This document shows, in pieces, positions 60,594 to 64,000 of a stretch of DNA of 64,000 nucleotides. Origin of the DNA: Candidatus Eiseniibacteriota bacterium (GTDB lineage Bacteria; Eisenbacteria; RBG-16-71-46; CAVPCR01); NCBI GenBank assembly GCA_963823555.1, contig CAWGMA010000003.1, positions 576,001-640,000 on the forward strand, given 5' to 3'. Each line of letters begins with the position of its first letter. Within the stretch, counting starts at the first letter, position 1. The notes beneath the pieces were generated by a model. It did not search any database. It was given only the letters and a program-made list of their open reading frames with translations, and was not told the origin of the DNA. Position numbers and translations under genes: made by a program.

Positions 60594-62795
60594 ATGGACT
60601 ACATGGGAGCTATACTAATCTCTGTCTTCCTGCTTCAAACGACAATCATCGCACCGGCTCTTGGAGGAATAGTTCATGTCCCTTCGGAGCAATCGACCAT
60701 TCAGGAGGGGATCAACACTGCCGCACTTGGTGATACCGTCCTCGTCGCTCCGGGAACCTACGTTGGCGCCCTGAACCGTAACCTCGATTTCGGTGGCAAG
60801 AACTTGGTCCTCCGATCCTCCGGGGGCGCTGCCATCACGATGATCGACTGCCAGAGCCAAGGTCGTGCGCTGCACTTCCACAGCGGCGAGTCGGTTGCTG
60901 CAATGGTGGAGGGTTTCACGATCCGAAACGGACTTGCTGCCGGCACCGTCGGCGGTGGGCTGTTGATCGAAGGTGGAGCGACGCCGACTATCAAAGAATG
61001 CCACCTGGAAGCGAATCACGCGATCACGGGTGGTGGGGTCTTTGTGGCTTCGGCGGTGACGTTGATCGACTGCGATCTCGAGGGAAACATCGCGGACAAC
61101 TGGGGCGGTGGGATCTACGCCGAGAGCGCCATACTGAGCGCTCGGGGCTGTGCGCTGACGCGGAACGGAGCTGGGATCGGTGCCGGGATGTATGTGACGC
61201 TCGGCACCACGGCAATGGTGTCCGACTGTAACTTCACGGAGAACTCGCCTGTGAACCGGGCAGGAGGGATTCACGGGTCGGGGTCGTCGTTCATCGTCCA
61301 GAGGTGCAGCTTTGTCGAGAACACGGGGCGGGAGGGAGCGGGAATGTGGCTTCTCGGAGGGACCGCGACCATCGATAGCTGCACTTTCATCATGAACATG
61401 GCGCAGTTCAGCGGAGGTGCAATACGGGCGGAGGGTGTAGAGGGCTTCCGGCTGACTGGGTCAATGCTGAGAGATAACACTGCGCTTGAGCATGAGATTG
61501 GCTACGACTTTACGGGCGGAGGGGGACTCGCCTATCGGAACAGAGGGGCGCTAAGCGTCGGACCCTACATAGCTGACAGCATATTCCTCGCAAATCGGGC
61601 CCTTGGACTGCCTGCGATTGGAGTTGGAGGATACGGTGGTGGCATGCGGATTGCCAGCGGATCGGGCGACAGCTTGCTTGTGGAGCGCTGCCAGTTCATC
61701 GGCAATCATGCCGACGACGTTGGGGGAGGGGCGGACGCTCCCGGAGTCTATCGGAGCTGCATTTTCGAGGGGAATAGCGCCAACGCCTGCGGAGGCTTGA
61801 GTGGCGGGCTCGAGCTGAGCGACTGCCGATTCACGGACAATCATGCGCTCACTGTGGGTGGAGCGTGCATACCGAGCCGTGGCATCATCATTCGCTGTGA
61901 GTTTTCTGGCAATTCTGCGAGTCAAAACGGAGGGGCTTTGCGGTGGGTGTATTTCAGCCCTCTATTCATTGAGGACTCGCGATTCGCGGACAACTATGCG
62001 AACCAGGGGGGCGGCGTCTTCATGTACAACGTGGATCCGGCCTCGATTACGGGATCTACATTCGAAGGCAACACGGCTACGACCGACGGCGGCGCCCTGA
62101 GCATCTGGGGGCCGGCATCTCCAGCATCTGTTACGCTGTCGGGCTGCACCCTGGTAGGAAACAGCTCACCGGTAGGAGGGGGCGTGTCGGTGAGGATACC
62201 GGTCAATATAGAGAACACGATCATCGCCTTCGGCATGGAGGGGGAAGCAGTGACCTGCATGGGCGACGGAGTCGGCGTGATGTCGTGCACTAATATCATC
62301 GGAAACGCCGGCGGCGATTGGACGGGATGCATCGCCGACCAACTCGGGATCGACGGGAACTTCTCGGCGGACCCGCTCTTCTGCAATGCGGTGGCTGGAG
62401 ACTACACGCTGGCGGAAACCTCGCCCTGCGCCCCCGCGCATTCCCCGGTAGGGTGCGGGCTGATCGGGGCTCACCCGGTGGCATGTGCTGAGCCGATCGG
62501 CGTGGCGGATGAAGGAGCACCAAGGATTGGCCCGCTCCTGCGCGTGTTGCCGAACCCGCTGCGGGGGACGGGGACGATTGAGTGGATGGGAGCAAGGGTC
62601 GCGCCTGAGTTGCGGCTTTACGACGCCGCGGGTCGACTGGTGGCGAGGCGGAGCGGCGAGGGGGGCGGTGGCCGGATGTCGTGGAGCGAGCTGACCAGAG
62701 GCGGTGATATGGCCTCAGGGGTGTACTTCTTGGAGCTCGGGACCGGCGGCGGAGGTGAGGTGGCTATTCGATCGCGGCTAGTGGTGATCAGGTAG
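60594..62795 (+). CDS. Large secreted beta-helix protein with CTD, paralog of 56731..59070
   Basis: Same architecture; last about 160 aa nearly identical. Confidence 0.92.
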   Translation: MDYMGAILISVFLLQTTIIAPALGGIVHVPSEQSTIQEGINTAALGDTVLVAPGTYVGALNRNLDFGGKNLVLRSSGGAAITMIDCQSQGRALHFHSGESVAAMVEGFTIRNGLAAGTVGGGLLIEGGATPTIKECHLEANHAITGGGVFVASAVTLIDCDLEGNIADNWGGGIYAESAILSARGCALTRNGAGIGAGMYVTLGTTAMVSDCNFTENSPVNRAGGIHGSGSSFIVQRCSFVENTGREGAGMWLLGGTATIDSCTFIMNMAQFSGGAIRAEGVEGFRLTGSMLRDNTALEHEIGYDFTGGGGLAYRNRGALSVGPYIADSIFLANRALGLPAIGVGGYGGGMRIASGSGDSLLVERCQFIGNHADDVGGGADAPGVYRSCIFEGNSANACGGLSGGLELSDCRFTDNHALTVGGACIPSRGIIIRCEFSGNSASQNGGALRWVYFSPLFIEDSRFADNYANQGGGVFMYNVDPASITGSTFEGNTATTDGGALSIWGPASPASVTLSGCTLVGNSSPVGGGVSVRIPVNIENTIIAFGMEGEAVTCMGDGVGVMSCTNIIGNAGGDWTGCIADQLGIDGNFSADPLFCNAVAGDYTLAETSPCAPAHSPVGCGLIGAHPVACAEPIGVADEGAPRIGPLLRVLPNPLRGTGTIEWMGARVAPELRLYDAAGRLVARRSGEGGGGRMSWSELTRGGDMASGVYFLELGTGGGGEVAIRSRLVVIR

Positions 62796-62845
62796 GCGGG
62801 CCGAGCACCGGAGGACGAGTAGAGGGCGCCACAGAGGCGGAGAGT

Positions 62846-63088
62846 GGTTCGCAAACAGTCCCACTTGGGGAGCCAAATGTGGCTGTCTGCGAGGCGAGAT
62901 GGGTACGGTAGTCCGTACCACACCTCGACCGTCAGGCGGTCATGAACGAGCACCTTCTTCACTACTTGGTGGAAGAGGTGCTTCTTTTGTGGGTTCGTTC
63001 CGGCGGCCATCACCTGCTCGAAGTCGTCGATGAGTGCGGCAACTCGCTCGCGGTCAAGTGCGGGCAGTTCGAGTTGCTCGACAGCCAT
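62846..63088 (-). pseudogene. 3' remnant of the second LSR reading through an att-like site (core 62867-62875)
   Basis: [28 protein letters not shown]…HIWLPKWDCLRT; near-identical to 46657-46860. Confidence 0.78.
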
Positions 63089-63390
63089 GTGTTATCGATC
63101 AAGGGACACAGCTACCGGCTGCGGGAACGCACCCTGGCCACGACCCAGGCCCCTGCTCTCGCCCCGGCCTGAGCAGACTCGGAACCAGAAAGGAGGTCAG
63201 AACTTACCGTGATCAGCCCGGATCCTCAGCAGGGGTGGTCCACTTTTCGCCGTTCACCTTGGACCAGTTTTCAATGTTCGTTGACAATCGCTAGCTGAGC
63301 ACCGTCCCCGACCCCGAGGGGACATCGAACCCGACGATCAGGGGACATCTTAACCCGGTGATTCGGGGACATGCCGATCCGACGTTGACA
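63085..63390 (+). mobile_element. IS21-family scars: istB 3' end with right end (to 63286), and a second end with three GGGGACAT (to 63390)
   Basis: HVLSIKGHSYRLRE; both ends finish in TTGACA. Confidence 0.75.
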
Positions 63391-63771
63391 AGAGAAAGTG
63401 CTGCAGCGCATGCCCGTAGTGCCCGGTCGCCTCCAGACCGAATCGCACCTCGCTGCTGCCACTGGCAGCGCGCGCCAACTCGACCCGCTCCAACAGCTTG
63501 GCGAACCCCTCCCGGTCGTTGCTGAAGGAGAACGGCCGCTGAAAACGGCCGTCAGGAAGCCGGATCGCGGCCACGTGGCGTCGCTTTGCCACGTCGATGC
63601 CCACCACCAGCACACCGGACTTGATCGGAAGCCGACCGTTCGCTTTACTCGCCATGGGACTGCCTCCTCGTTGCTCGAGCCAAAGACCTTACGACCTTCG
63701 ACTCGGCAGCTTGGGACAGTCCTCCTACTTCTTCAAGACTGCCGTCTCCCCGCCTGTCCGCTTATAGCACT
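63391..63771 (-). mobile_element. IS110-family element: left end and truncated transposase (start 63655)
   Basis: VGIDVAK…FSNDREG…GLEATGHY RuvC-like DEDD N-terminus; GAGGAGG RBS; TATAAG just inside the left end. Confidence 0.88.
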
Positions 63772-63815
63772 CTCCCCAAGTGGGACGGTTTGCGAACCAT
63801 TCTCCGCCTCTGTGG
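63772..63815 (-). repeat. att-like left arm and partial core, interrupted by IS110
   Basis: Minus strand GGTTCGCAAACCGTCCCACTTGGGGAG, then IS110 sequence in place of CCA. Confidence 0.85.
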
Positions 63816-63848
63816 CGATCTCTACTCGTCCTCCGCTACTCGGCCCGC

Positions 63849-64000
63849 CTACCTGATCACCACAAGCCGGACCCGAGCAGCCACCTCTCCGCCGCCGTCC
63901 GACCCCAGCTCCAGAAAGTACACCCCTGAGGCCATATCACCGCCTCTGGTCAGCTCGCTCCACGACATCCGGCCACCGCCCCCCTCACCGCTCCGCCTCG
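63849..64000 (-). CDS. 3' end of a third beta-helix/CTD paralog (partial)
   Basis: Reverse-complement match to 62645-62795. Confidence 0.85.
   Translation of the reverse strand, partial: RRSGEGGGGRMSWSELTRGGDMASGVYFLELGSDGGGEVAARVRLVVIR

Noticed and set aside
56731..62795. Diversity-generating retroelement acting on the paralog 3' ends
   Set aside because: No reverse transcriptase in the window, and the differences are not adenine-specific.

Overview
GC-rich bacterial window. Two outer-membrane beta-barrel paralogs and a tRNA-Asn(GTT) at 1370-1444 are followed by about 62 kb of accessory DNA. (1) 2.9-17.6 kb is a phage-satellite/prophage-like integrative element: DUF2924-like gene, large serine recombinase (LSR), sigma-like regulator, primase-SF3 helicase with an iteron-type ori, adenine methylase, ParB-like, terminase small- and large-like subunits. 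It has no portal or capsid, and its right half is frameshifted. (2) 17.7-64 kb is an array of secreted/surface-protein genes (beta-helix proteins, S8 proteases, a TolB/PD40 protein, small Cys-rich proteins). The large ones end either in a FlgD/T9SS-like C-terminal domain or in a short P-x-[ST]-W-G-x-[IV]-K tail. The spacers are not random: they contain five tRNA-3'-end-mimicking att-like sites (core GGGGAGCCA) with reshuffled arms, a three-copy 280-bp non-coding module bounded by inverted att-like sites, nine co-oriented fragments of a roughly 190-aa tyrosine recombinase, and many IS elements or scars (IS256, IS21, IS3-like, two rve types, an ISL3-like MITE, and an IS110 sitting in an att core). 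Best candidate new system: a tRNA-anchored, recombinase-shuffled cassette array for secreted proteins, including a recurring pair of a small Cys-rich protein and a beta-helix protein. The sorting motifs suggest an Eisenbacteria/Latescibacterota/Krumholzibacteria-like host (inference). All product calls come from motif recognition by eye; no searches were run.
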